Assembly: GCA_043754535.1 (NCBI GenBank)
Contig: JAYUUN010000028.1
Span: forward strand, 1-53,358
Direction: 5' to 3'
DNA from: Chloroflexota bacterium
Lineage (GTDB): Bacteria; Chloroflexota; Chloroflexia; QHBQ01
Length of the DNA stretch: 53,358 nucleotides
Shown: piece by piece, positions 38,704 through 46,861 of the stretch
Position numbering within the stretch: the stretch's first letter is position 1
How the letters are laid out: each line of letters begins with the position of its first letter
Translations under genes and position numbers: made by a program
Notes under the pieces: model-generated
Seen by the model: only the letters and a program-made list of their open reading frames with translations
Databases searched by the model: none
What the model was told of the DNA's origin: nothing

Positions 38704-39597
38704 ATGGACGAGATCGAGCAGCAGTTTGTGGTGGACACGCCAGAGAGCGTGGAGTTCCGTTATACGCTGGCGGGGATTGGGTCACGCTTCTGCGCCGCCC
38801 TGATCGACCACCTGATCATGGGGCTGATCCTGCTGCTGGTCATCTTCCTGGGCGGGATCGCAGTCAACTTCCTGAAGCGGGGTGACGCAGAACTGTCCGC
38901 CTCGCTGCTCACCGCCCTGATCGTGATCGTCAGCTTCGTGGTGCTGGCGGGCTACTATGTGGTGTTGGAGACGGTGCAGCGGGGGCAGAGCATTGGCAAG
39001 CGTGCGCTGGGCCTGCGCGTAATCCGCAAGAGCGGCCTGCCGATCACCTTCAGCGACTCGCTGCTGCGTAATCTCCTGCGGGTCGTAGACTTCCTACCCG
39101 TCTCGTACGCCCTCGGTGTGGTAACCATGTTCTTTGATGGTCAGTGGCGTAGGCTGGGCGACCTGGCGGCGAACACGGTGGTGGTGCGCGAGGGGAATGT
39201 CTACCAACTAAGCCAGATTAGTGTGCGGCCACAAGCTCAGCAGCCAGTTTACGCCGTCAGCAGCGGCAACAATCTCTTGCAGAAGGCGGTGCCATTGAGC
39301 CAGCCCCTGCCCTACCAGCCCCAAGCCGCCCGCGTGCTGTCCGCTGCTGAAAGCGGCATCCTGCCCAGCGGCTACCAGTACGTACCCAACATCGAGCGGA
39401 TGAGCGAGTTCGAGTACCAGTTGGTGCGCGACTACCTGATGCGCCGCCTCGCACTGCCCTACGAGCGGCAGGTGACGCTAGCCCGCGACCTCTCTTACCT
39501 GGTGGCGAACAAGATCGCCCTTCACCAGCCGATCAACAACTATCTGATCTTCCTCAACCAGGCCGCCGAGAGTTATGAGCAGAGCAGGCTACGCTGA
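38704..39597 (+). CDS. RDD-family membrane protein
   Basis: TPESVEF..LAGIGSRFCAALID, GQSIGKRALGLRV and RRLGDLAANTVVV. Confidence 0.88.
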   Translation: MDEIEQQFVVDTPESVEFRYTLAGIGSRFCAALIDHLIMGLILLLVIFLGGIAVNFLKRGDAELSASLLTALIVIVSFVVLAGYYVVLETVQRGQSIGKRALGLRVIRKSGLPITFSDSLLRNLLRVVDFLPVSYALGVVTMFFDGQWRRLGDLAANTVVVREGNVYQLSQISVRPQAQQPVYAVSSGNNLLQKAVPLSQPLPYQPQAARVLSAAESGILPSGYQYVPNIERMSEFEYQLVRDYLMRRLALPYERQVTLARDLSYLVANKIALHQPINNYLIFLNQAAESYEQSRLR

Positions 39598-39703
39598 TCT
39601 CCTACTAAAGGAGGAGGAATTGTCCAGGCTCTGCACAAAAGGGGACAACGATGCTGTCACATTTTGCGACTAAAACAATTCGCTTCAAATCTAACAGAAA
39701 AGT

Positions 39704-39733
39704 TTGACAAAGCATTGTCCGCTATGATATTCT
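39704..39733 (+). promoter_or_regulatory. Sigma70-type promoter about 750 bp upstream of the NlpC/P60 gene
   Basis: TTGACA-18 bp-TATTCT with an extended -10 TG; AT-rich upstream region. Confidence 0.65.
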
Positions 39734-39739
39734 TCAGCG

Positions 39740-40400
39740 CATCACGTAGACAGAGGTTACGGCCTGGTCTACGCGGGTAGGCTTCAGTTACAGCCTACCT
39801 CCTGGCTCACCTTCGGCAACGCTGTTGCTGAGGGCTGAAGCCCAAAACCTTCCTTGCCAAAGTAGTACCCCCGAACGCCAGGCGCGAGTTCCGCGCCGGT
39901 AGCCAGCAGCGATGCGGTTGCCCCTTATCAGCGGCGTTCTCAGCGGCAAGGTAGCGCAGGAGGAGCAGTCTTGTCAATCTCAGGTGAAGCAGGCAACCCG
40001 AACAGCAGACGGTTTCTGGCTTTTAGCCTCATGTTGCTGACCTCGGCAGCCACAATCTTGCCCAAGTTCATGGCCCTCAGCGTGGTTGCGCTCTGCAACC
40101 CTGCCAGCCTTGCTACCCACCTGCAATCCCTCTGCCATATAATAGCGCGTCCCGCTTCGGCTCGGCCCACAGCTACCCTTGCAGTGTCCCCCGCAAAGAT
40201 AGCTAGCAAGCCATCCCGCCAATCGGGGATCAGCCATAGCTACCACCCCCAGGCTATCAGCCGCAGGGTGGTACTCTGCTGCCCGCGCGCCTAGTCGAGC
40301 AGCTAGTCGCCCCACGTCAGCTAGCTGTGGTAGTGCGACTATGCTACAAGCGTTCCAGATACAAGCGGGAAGGAGGTTAGTTGTCAGCTTAAGCTCAGTA
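39740..40400 (+). ncRNA. Putative large structured RNA / very long 5' leader of unknown class
   Basis: More than 15 mostly nested helices found by eye, forming three multibranch domains (39798-39963, 39981-40123, 40150-40370). Confidence 0.6.
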
Positions 40401-40487
40401 CACGTACGCTGCACCCGCAGCCCCGCCCCCGGCCCGAATGTCGGCAAGGCGATCAACCAATACCCCAAAGGATAGAGGAGAATCAAG

Positions 40488-41654
40488 TTGTCCAAACGGA
40501 AGATAGGAACTAAATACGCAGTGGTCATGGCCCTGGTTGCCGTTGCCCTGCTCAGCATGACCGGCAGCACGTTGGCTGCCCCCAAGCCAGGTAGCATCGC
40601 TCGCGTTGCTGGTGACAGCAACGACCGCATCAATCTTCGCACTGGCCCCAGCACCAACTACGAGGTTGACACCCGCCTCGCTGCTGGTGAAGCAGTCGAA
40701 GTCTACGACGGCCCCCGCACCGACAGCGAAGGCAACAGCTGGCTGAAGGTTCGTAACCAAAATGGCAGCGGTTGGATGAGCAGCGACTTCCTCGCCAGCA
40801 CCAGCAGCAAGCCCGCCACCAGCAGCAGCAAGCCTGCCGGCAGCAGCAAGACCTCCCCCGCCACGACCAGCAAGCAGCAGGCTGCCACGAGCAGTAGCGC
40901 GGCTAAGATCAAGATTGGCGGAGCGGTTGTGGTCAAGGATGCTGCCAACGCTGGCTTGCGTATCCGCAGCAAGGCAAATGGCAACAGCACAGTGCTGGCA
41001 ACAGTTGACCCTGGTACAGTATTGCGCGTGCGTGCCGAGCCAGTGACCGACGGCAGCGGCCAGCAGTGGTATCCGGTCAACGGTCGCTACACCGTCGGCT
41101 GGGTCGCCAGCGACTACATTGCCCCCAGCAAGGCCGCTGCGCCCCAAGTCAACACCAAGACCGCCGCAGTACAGGCCGCCGCAGTGCAGGCACTGACCAC
41201 TGCCCGCACTGGCGTTTCGCGCAGCCCCCGCCCCAGCACTGACGACACGGCTAGCCGCCCTGCCCCAGCCGTCAACGGCCAGGCTGGTGACATGGTGGCT
41301 GGTGCCTACCGCTATCTCGGCTACCGCTATGTCTACGGTGGCGACAGCCCCCGCAGCGGCTTCGATTGCAGCGGCTATATCGCCTATGTGATGAACAATA
41401 CAGGCTGGAGCATCGGCCACAGCCTCAGTCAGCAGCTTGCCAGTGGCCCCCACGTGGCTATGGCTAACCTCCAGCCAGGCGACCTCGTCTTCTTCGCCAA
41501 CACTTACCATCGTGGCCTGTCGCACGTCGGGATGTATATCGGCAACGGTAACTTCATCCACGCCGAGAGCGAGGCCACTGGCATCCGCATCAGCGACCTC
41601 TATTCGAGCTACTACCAGGCTCACTACTACTCTGCCACTCGCCCGACCCGCTAA
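40488..41654 (+). CDS. Secreted SH3-SH3-NlpC/P60 (C40) peptidoglycan endopeptidase
   Basis: Signal peptide; two SH3b repeats (INLRTGP...GWM; LRIRSK...GWV); YVYGG..FDCSG, PGDLVFF, HVGMYIGNG and FIHA. TTG start after AGAGGAG. Confidence 0.92.
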   Translation: MSKRKIGTKYAVVMALVAVALLSMTGSTLAAPKPGSIARVAGDSNDRINLRTGPSTNYEVDTRLAAGEAVEVYDGPRTDSEGNSWLKVRNQNGSGWMSSDFLASTSSKPATSSSKPAGSSKTSPATTSKQQAATSSSAAKIKIGGAVVVKDAANAGLRIRSKANGNSTVLATVDPGTVLRVRAEPVTDGSGQQWYPVNGRYTVGWVASDYIAPSKAAAPQVNTKTAAVQAAAVQALTTARTGVSRSPRPSTDDTASRPAPAVNGQAGDMVAGAYRYLGYRYVYGGDSPRSGFDCSGYIAYVMNNTGWSIGHSLSQQLASGPHVAMANLQPGDLVFFANTYHRGLSHVGMYIGNGNFIHAESEATGIRISDLYSSYYQAHYYSATRPTR

Positions 41655-41690
41655 CCTTGCCAATAGCTTGGTAGCAGTACACGGTCAAAG

Positions 41691-41726
41691 ACGAACCTCT
41701 CTCCGCAAGTTGGAGAGGGGTTTCGT
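41691..41726. terminator. Terminator hairpin between convergent genes
   Basis: AACCTCTCTCC-GCAAGTT-GGAGAGGGGTT. Confidence 0.7.
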
Positions 41727-41762
41727 GTTGCTCGTCAGGTTTGCAGCCCGAATAAGGGGCGA

Positions 41763-42653
41763 TCAGGCTCCACCTTCGTGCGCTACGTAGACGGCCAGTG
41801 CGTCGCCAACCCGCACACCGAGGCGGCGGGCTGCCGAGCCGTTGCGCGCCGCCAGTTCGAGCAGCAACTCGCTGCCTACGAGGCCAAGCAGCGCACCCTC
41901 CTCCACAGCGGCATAGGTGTGGTGGATGGGGAAGACATTATCGCGGCCCACTGTGGCGCGCAGGTGGCTGAAGTCGGGGTCGAGGCGGGCCAGTTGGTCG
42001 CGGTGCAAGTTGCTGATCAGGTTGCCAAAGCGGTCAATGTGGATCACCTGACCCACTAGCCGCTGGCGGGCTGGCTCTGGCTGGGGGCTGAGGTTGGGCA
42101 GGAGAACAGGATTGAGGACGGCGGGGCCGAACTCGCCCCCTGGCACGCCGAGGCTGAGGTGGGCGGCGGCGGGGGCGAAGATGTCGCGCCCATGGAAAGT
42201 ATTGCTGACCGTCGCCAGGGAGTAGGCCGGGTTCTTCAGTTCGTAGAGCGGCAACGGTGGGTCGTCGGCCAGCCCCTCAAGGTCGAAGGGTGAAACCGCA
42301 AAGGGTAGTTGCTCCCGGTCAGCACGCAGCAAGTGACGTTCAACCAGGTAGATATAGCTGAGAATGCCATTATCGGGGCCGATGAAGCGACCATGCGGCG
42401 TTTCGAGCAGCAAGCAGCGGCGGTCGCTACCCACCCCAGGGTCAACCACCGCCAGGTGGATCGCGTGGGGCGGGAAGAAGCGGTAGGCGCGGTAGAGGAC
42501 GAAAGCGGCCATCGCCACGTTCTGGGCGGCCACCTCGTGGCTGAGGTCAACAACGGTGGCTGCCGGGTTGATCGTGTAGATCACCCCCTTGATCGCGCCC
42601 ACGTAGCCATCGCCCAGGCCAAAATCAGTAGTCAGGGTAATCAAGCTATCCAT
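41763..42653 (-). CDS. SAM hydroxide adenosyltransferase / chlorinase-fluorinase family (DUF62)
   Basis: ITLTTDFG, VVDPGVGS.R, GPDNG, SNTFHGRDIFAPAAA and IDRFGNL. Start set to ATG 42653. Confidence 0.9.
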   Translation of the reverse strand: MDSLITLTTDFGLGDGYVGAIKGVIYTINPAATVVDLSHEVAAQNVAMAAFVLYRAYRFFPPHAIHLAVVDPGVGSDRRCLLLETPHGRFIGPDNGILSYIYLVERHLLRADREQLPFAVSPFDLEGLADDPPLPLYELKNPAYSLATVSNTFHGRDIFAPAAAHLSLGVPGGEFGPAVLNPVLLPNLSPQPEPARQRLVGQVIHIDRFGNLISNLHRDQLARLDPDFSHLRATVGRDNVFPIHHTYAAVEEGALLGLVGSELLLELAARNGSAARRLGVRVGDALAVYVAHEGGA

Positions 42654-44046
42654 CTGCACCCTCCGTTGGGTTGATCGTGATATCGCCGTAAAGTTCACTC
42701 TGCGCCACCCGGCCCAGCCGCCGCCGCTGCACTTCAAGGATCGCCAGGAAGGTGACGACTGCCTCCTGCACCCGCCCGCTGCGCGAAGCCGCCGGGTGCG
42801 CCGCCAGCACCGCCCTGTAGCTAACTGCGCCCTGCTGCAATGCCGCCTGTAGCTCCTTCAGCCGCCCGTTTACGGTAATGCGGTGCGGTTGCAGCGGTGA
42901 AGGCTCGCCCGCCCCTGGACTGAGATCGAGGCTGAGGGCAAGCTGCATCCTGCGCCGAGCCATCGCCGCCAGTTGTGCCAGGCTCACGTTGGTCAAGCCG
43001 TAGTCGGTGGTCACTGCCGCCCCTCGCGGTGGGGTAGGGAGGGGCTGGCGCAGGTAGGTGACCAGCCCCTCTAGCGGGCGCAACTCGGCCACTAGCTCCT
43101 TGATCCGCCGGTACTCTTGCAGGCTGCGGATTAGTTCCTCAGCCACATCATCCTCGTCGGGGGCGTTAGCAGCAGCGGCGGCAGGGCGGGGTAGCAATTG
43201 TTGCGACTTGATCTGGAGCAGCTTGGCCGCCAGCACCAGGAAGCTAGCCATCTCTGCCGGGTCGCGCCGTCCCTGGTCGGCACGCACCAGCACGAGGTAC
43301 TGGTCAGCGACGGCGGCGAGCGAGAGGCAGGTGATCTCCAACTCATCCTTCTCGATCAGGCGCAGCAGCAAGGCTAGCGGGCCGCTGAACTGCGGCAACT
43401 GCACCTCGTAGGCGGGCAAGCGGTTGAGCAGGATGTTCGGCTTGGCAGTGGTAGTCATCACGGTGGCTTTCCCCTTGTGGGCGAGGCAAGGTGGGGCTAA
43501 GTTGCGGTCATCGGCCTGCTGCAAGGCGCGCAGCAGCGGCGGGCCGCCCACTTGCGGCGGACGCTGGTGGAGCAGCACAAGCTCCACTACCGCGCTGTCC
43601 AGGCTATAGCCACGCAGCAGGTCAGCACCAAGCTCACCATGATGCACATTGACGTAGAGGGCGCGCTGCCAGCCTTTCGCCCCCGGCCCGCCAACCCGCG
43701 CCAGCCGCCCTCTGCCCAACGGCAGCCGCAGCAATACCGTCAGCACCCGCGCCCAAAGCGGCACGTGCCAGACCCGCCTGCCGCCCACAAACACGCTCTT
43801 GCCCACATCGTGCAGCAAGGCAGCCTGTAGCAAGGCTGGTGCGTCCTGCCCTGCGGTCAGCAGGTGATTGGCTACTGCCAGGCTGTGGCGGCGGTCGTGC
43901 GCGGGCAGCAGCCGAAACAGGTGTTGCAGATCAGGGCTAAGGTAGAGGGCGAGCAGGGCCGCGTCTGCCTGCTGGTCGGGCTGGGCAAGGAGGCTGCTAA
44001 CGGCCAGGTAGAACTGGCGGATGCGGTAGAGCGATTGCCTGGGCAA
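42646..44046 (-). CDS. scpA: Single ORF joining an HD-domain protein (about residues 1-182) and ScpA (from about 43458)
   Basis: HS..V, LLHDVGK, HHGELGA and QQADD (HD part); FSGPLALLLRLI, LAAVADQYL, FLVLAAKLLQIKSQQLLP and VVTFLAILE..Q..LYGDI (ScpA part). Confidence 0.82.
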   Translation of the reverse strand: MPRQSLYRIRQFYLAVSSLLAQPDQQADAALLALYLSPDLQHLFRLLPAHDRRHSLAVANHLLTAGQDAPALLQAALLHDVGKSVFVGGRRVWHVPLWARVLTVLLRLPLGRGRLARVGGPGAKGWQRALYVNVHHGELGADLLRGYSLDSAVVELVLLHQRPPQVGGPPLLRALQQADDRNLAPPCLAHKGKATVMTTTAKPNILLNRLPAYEVQLPQFSGPLALLLRLIEKDELEITCLSLAAVADQYLVLVRADQGRRDPAEMASFLVLAAKLLQIKSQQLLPRPAAAAANAPDEDDVAEELIRSLQEYRRIKELVAELRPLEGLVTYLRQPLPTPPRGAAVTTDYGLTNVSLAQLAAMARRRMQLALSLDLSPGAGEPSPLQPHRITVNGRLKELQAALQQGAVSYRAVLAAHPAASRSGRVQEAVVTFLAILEVQRRRLGRVAQSELYGDITINPTEGADG

Positions 44047-44048
44047 GC

Positions 44049-44711
44049 TCAGACTCCGAGCAGCAGGCTGCTAACCAGGTCGTGCACCGGGCCGATGATA
44101 CGACCGAGGAAGTTGAGCGGCACCCCAATTACCTGGCCTACGTAGGGTAGCAGGAAAGCGACGACTAGCAGCACGGCCACGCCCGTTCGTTGCAGCGGGG
44201 CCATCAAGCGATACCAGCTGTCGGAGACGAAGCCGCTGATCAGGCCGAAGCCGTCGAGCGGCGGGATCGGGATCAGGTTGAAGGCAAAGAGCAGCAGGTT
44301 GGCGGTGAAGACCGCATCCAGAACTTTGTAGAGGTCGCTGCTGTGGCTGAGGCTGCCGAAGCGTAGGGGGATGACCACGATGGCAGCGAGGATGATATTG
44401 GCGAATGGCCCAGCGAAGGAGACCACCGAGCTACCGCGCCGCCCGCCCGCCAGGTTGGAGGGGTTGACTGGGGTCGGCTTGCCCCAGGCGAAGCCAGAGG
44501 AGCCGAAGGCCAGCAGCACCATAAAGATGAAGCCAACCGGATCGAAGTGGGCCACCGGGTTGAGGGTGACGCGGCCCATCCTCTGCGCCGTGTTGTCGCC
44601 CAGCAGCAGGGCAGAGTAGGCGTGGCCGAACTCATGCACGGTAGTCCCCACGATCAGGCCCAGCAGCAAGCCGAGGGTGTAGACCAGATCAATATTGTTG
44701 AGATTAGGCAC
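44049..44711 (-). CDS. Site-2 (M50) intramembrane metalloprotease
   Basis: HEFGH, WGKP, AGP.AN and NLIPIPPLDG. Confidence 0.92.
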   Translation of the reverse strand: MPNLNNIDLVYTLGLLLGLIVGTTVHEFGHAYSALLLGDNTAQRMGRVTLNPVAHFDPVGFIFMVLLAFGSSGFAWGKPTPVNPSNLAGGRRGSSVVSFAGPFANIILAAIVVIPLRFGSLSHSSDLYKVLDAVFTANLLLFAFNLIPIPPLDGFGLISGFVSDSWYRLMAPLQRTGVAVLLVVAFLLPYVGQVIGVPLNFLGRIIGPVHDLVSSLLLGV

Positions 44712-44769
44712 GCGCAGCCTCCCCTAGTGTGATAGGCTCATTATAACGGAGCGGCGGGCGGCTGGCAAG

Positions 44770-45864
44770 CTACGCGTATCGGCGGGCGTAGATGGTGGCG
44801 GCGGCGAGTAGCAGCAGAGCCGCGATCAGCAGCCCCTCGAAGGCACGCAGCCAGTTGAAGCTACCGCTAGCCACAGTGGTCGGCTGGTAGACGGTGGTGC
44901 CAACCGTATTGTTCTGCGGCAAGGTGTCGCGTGGGGCGATAGCAACGGTGGTCGGCGGCTGGCTGGCCTGACCCAGGTAGGTGGTAACGGTGCTACTTTG
45001 CCTGCGCAGCACGCTGTCGCCACTCTGCGGCGTGTTGCTGCTGACTGAGGGAGCGTAGGAGGGAAGTGGGCTGTTCGTCGGGGAATTATAGTAGTTACTC
45101 GCGGTCATCGCATAGGTAGAGTTGCTGGTCATGGTCGTTGCCTGGGTCTCACTGAGGACGGGAGCGGTTGGGATGTCGGGGCTGGTGGTGGGCGCACTGT
45201 TTGGGCTGGCCGCTGATCCAGTGCTGTCACTGGTGGATGCGGGCGCACTGTCGCTCGCTACGGGGTTGCTACCAGGATCGATAGGGGTCACATTGGAGGC
45301 CGCCGCAGCCACCAGCAACGGCGTGTAGGTGGCTGCAACTTCTGGCAGGGTTGTGCTGCTTGCAGCAGTGGCGAGCGGGGCTTGTTTGGCCGACTCGCTA
45401 GAGCGCGCCACCCCTTTCGCCCCATCCAGGTCTGGCCTGGGCGCAGAGGCGGCTACGGAGGCCACTGCCTGAGTGAAGCTATCCCTGTTCAGGGTGTTGA
45501 GGGTAAAGTCGAGGCCGAGGGTGAAGATCAGCAGCAAGGTGGCGAAGGCGGTAGCTGCCTTCAGGTTGCCATATGCCGCGTTGAGGCTATCCAGCCCGCC
45601 GAAAAAGGGGCGGCGGGGGCTAGCAGCCACCATTGCAGGGCGCAGGGCAAAGCTACGCGGCGTGGACAGCGGCTTGAGGTCGCGCAGCATAGTGGCGGTA
45701 GCACGCAAGGTCGCCAACTCGTTTTCGCAAAGGGGGCAGCGGCGCAGGTGCGCTTCCACCAGGCCACGCTCACCAGCCGACATTTCACCGTCCAGATAGG
45801 CAGACAGGCGGTCGGTCAGGTGCGGGCCATTCAGGTCATTAACATTTTGGTTGGAGCCAGTCAT
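44770..45864 (-). CDS. Zinc-binding (zf-HC2/ZAS) anti-sigma factor with two TMs and a Ser/Thr-rich middle
   Basis: LSAYLDGE...HLRRCPLC and PRSFAL; directly downstream of the ECF sigma gene. Confidence 0.85.
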   Translation of the reverse strand: MTGSNQNVNDLNGPHLTDRLSAYLDGEMSAGERGLVEAHLRRCPLCENELATLRATATMLRDLKPLSTPRSFALRPAMVAASPRRPFFGGLDSLNAAYGNLKAATAFATLLLIFTLGLDFTLNTLNRDSFTQAVASVAASAPRPDLDGAKGVARSSESAKQAPLATAASSTTLPEVAATYTPLLVAAAASNVTPIDPGSNPVASDSAPASTSDSTGSAASPNSAPTTSPDIPTAPVLSETQATTMTSNSTYAMTASNYYNSPTNSPLPSYAPSVSSNTPQSGDSVLRRQSSTVTTYLGQASQPPTTVAIAPRDTLPQNNTVGTTVYQPTTVASGSFNWLRAFEGLLIAALLLLAAATIYARRYA

Positions 45865-45917
45865 CTAAGTTCTTCTTTTCTTCCTAGGATAGCACTACTA
45901 GATTGTTCTCTTATGCA

Positions 45918-45943
45918 AACGGTGTGGGGCCAGCGATTGTTCC
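45918..45943 (-). promoter_or_regulatory. Putative ECF-sigma-dependent promoter upstream of the anti-sigma gene
   Basis: Minus strand GGAAC-17 bp-CGTT. Confidence 0.55.
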
Positions 45944-45964
45944 CCCGCAAACGATCTTCTAATA

Positions 45965-46627
45965 TTACCGCTTCTGGCGGTCGGTGGGTAGGCGCACGCC
46001 GCGTTCTAGTAGGAGATCGCGCATCTTGCTGCGACCACGGCTGATGCGCGACTTGACAGTACCTAGTGAACTGCTGGTAATCACCGCGATCTCCTCATAG
46101 CTGAAGCCCTGCACATCGCAGAGGATCAGGGCGAGGCGTTGATCCTCGGCTAGCTGGACGAGGCTACGCTGAATCTCGCGGCTAAGTTCGGAGCGCAAAG
46201 CACTGGCCTCTGGCTCGTCCCCATGCAGGCTGGTGAACCCGAGGCTGGCGAACTCGCGCTCGCCCGCTAGCTCAATCTGCTGATCCAGACTGCTGGTTGG
46301 GCGGCGTTTACGCTGGCGCAGCACATCGTAGCAGGCGTTGGCGGCAATGCGGAACAACCAGGCGCGGAAGCTGGTGGCCAACTCGCCCTCGTCCTTTGGC
46401 CCACGAAAGCGAGCCAGCGACCGCCAGCAGTTGAGGAAGGCATCTTGGGTGGTGTCGGCTGCCGCTTCGGGGTCGCCCAACATCCGGTAGCACAGGTTGT
46501 AGACCCGCTGCTCGTAGGTGGTCACCAGCTTATTGAAGGCATCGAGGTTGCCCTCCAGCGCGCTTTGCAAGTGCGTGTGAGCCAGCAATTCCTCCTGCCC
46601 GGCGTGGTCGGTACCATTGGTAGACAA
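45965..46627 (-). CDS. ECF RNA polymerase sigma factor
   Basis: DTTQDAF, FRAWLFRIAAN.CYD and GFSYEEIA...GTVKSRISRGR. Start uncertain. Confidence 0.92.
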   Translation of the reverse strand: MSTNGTDHAGQEELLAHTHLQSALEGNLDAFNKLVTTYEQRVYNLCYRMLGDPEAAADTTQDAFLNCWRSLARFRGPKDEGELATSFRAWLFRIAANACYDVLRQRKRRPTSSLDQQIELAGEREFASLGFTSLHGDEPEASALRSELSREIQRSLVQLAEDQRLALILCDVQGFSYEEIAVITSSSLGTVKSRISRGRSKMRDLLLERGVRLPTDRQKR

Positions 46628-46630
46628 GGC

Positions 46631-46659
46631 TTGACTATCCCGCTGCGATTTCTTATAAT
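46631..46659 (+). promoter_or_regulatory. tRNA-Leu promoter
   Basis: TTGACT-17 bp-TATAAT. Confidence 0.8.
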
Positions 46660-46668
46660 TAGCGATAG

Positions 46669-46753
46669 GCCGAAGTGGCGGAACGGCAGACGCATTCGCC
46701 TCAAAAGCGAACGGTTAACAGCCATGTGGGTTCGAGTCCCACCTTCGGTACCA
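46669..46753 (+). tRNA. tRNA-Leu (CAA)
   Basis: Acceptor GCCGAAG/CTTCGGT; anticodon arm TTCGC-CTCAAAA-GCGAA; long variable arm; GGTTCGAGTCC; encoded CCA. Confidence 0.97.
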
Positions 46754-46756
46754 ACC

Positions 46757-46792
46757 AGCGACGATCCTGAACAAGGGTCGTCGCTTTTATTA
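46757..46792 (+). terminator. Intrinsic terminator after tRNA-Leu
   Basis: AGCGACGATCCT-loop-AGGGTCGTCGCT-TTTATT. Confidence 0.8.
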
Positions 46793-46822
46793 TAGCAGTT
46801 AAACAGCGATACGGCTAGCCTG

Positions 46823-46851
46823 TTGACGCTGAACCACCCAGCCGCTATAAT
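46823..46851 (+). promoter_or_regulatory. dprA promoter
   Basis: TTGACG-17 bp-TATAAT, ending 10 nt before ATG 46862. Confidence 0.7.
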
Positions 46852-46861
46852 GGCAAACACG

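Noticed and set aside
40262..40285. AGGGTGGTAC resembling a T-box antiterminator
   Set aside because: Lacks the following CGCG helix, a terminator and a recognisable stem I. The segment pairs perfectly with TACCACCC upstream, and the downstream gene is unrelated to amino acids.
39971..40294. 107-aa ORF with TTG start after AGGAGG
   Set aside because: No recognisable family, and it lies wholly within dense RNA helices. Not called as a CDS, though a leader-peptide role is not excluded.
40170..40400. Cobalamin or c-di-AMP riboswitch (TCCCCCGCAA, GGGAAG and GTCAGCTA fragments)
   Set aside because: Only isolated short matches; the other conserved elements and their order are missing.
34546..46753. 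Genomic island integrated at tRNA-Asp or tRNA-Leu
   Set aside because: No integrase and no duplicated tRNA 3' end seen; the flanks are housekeeping genes.
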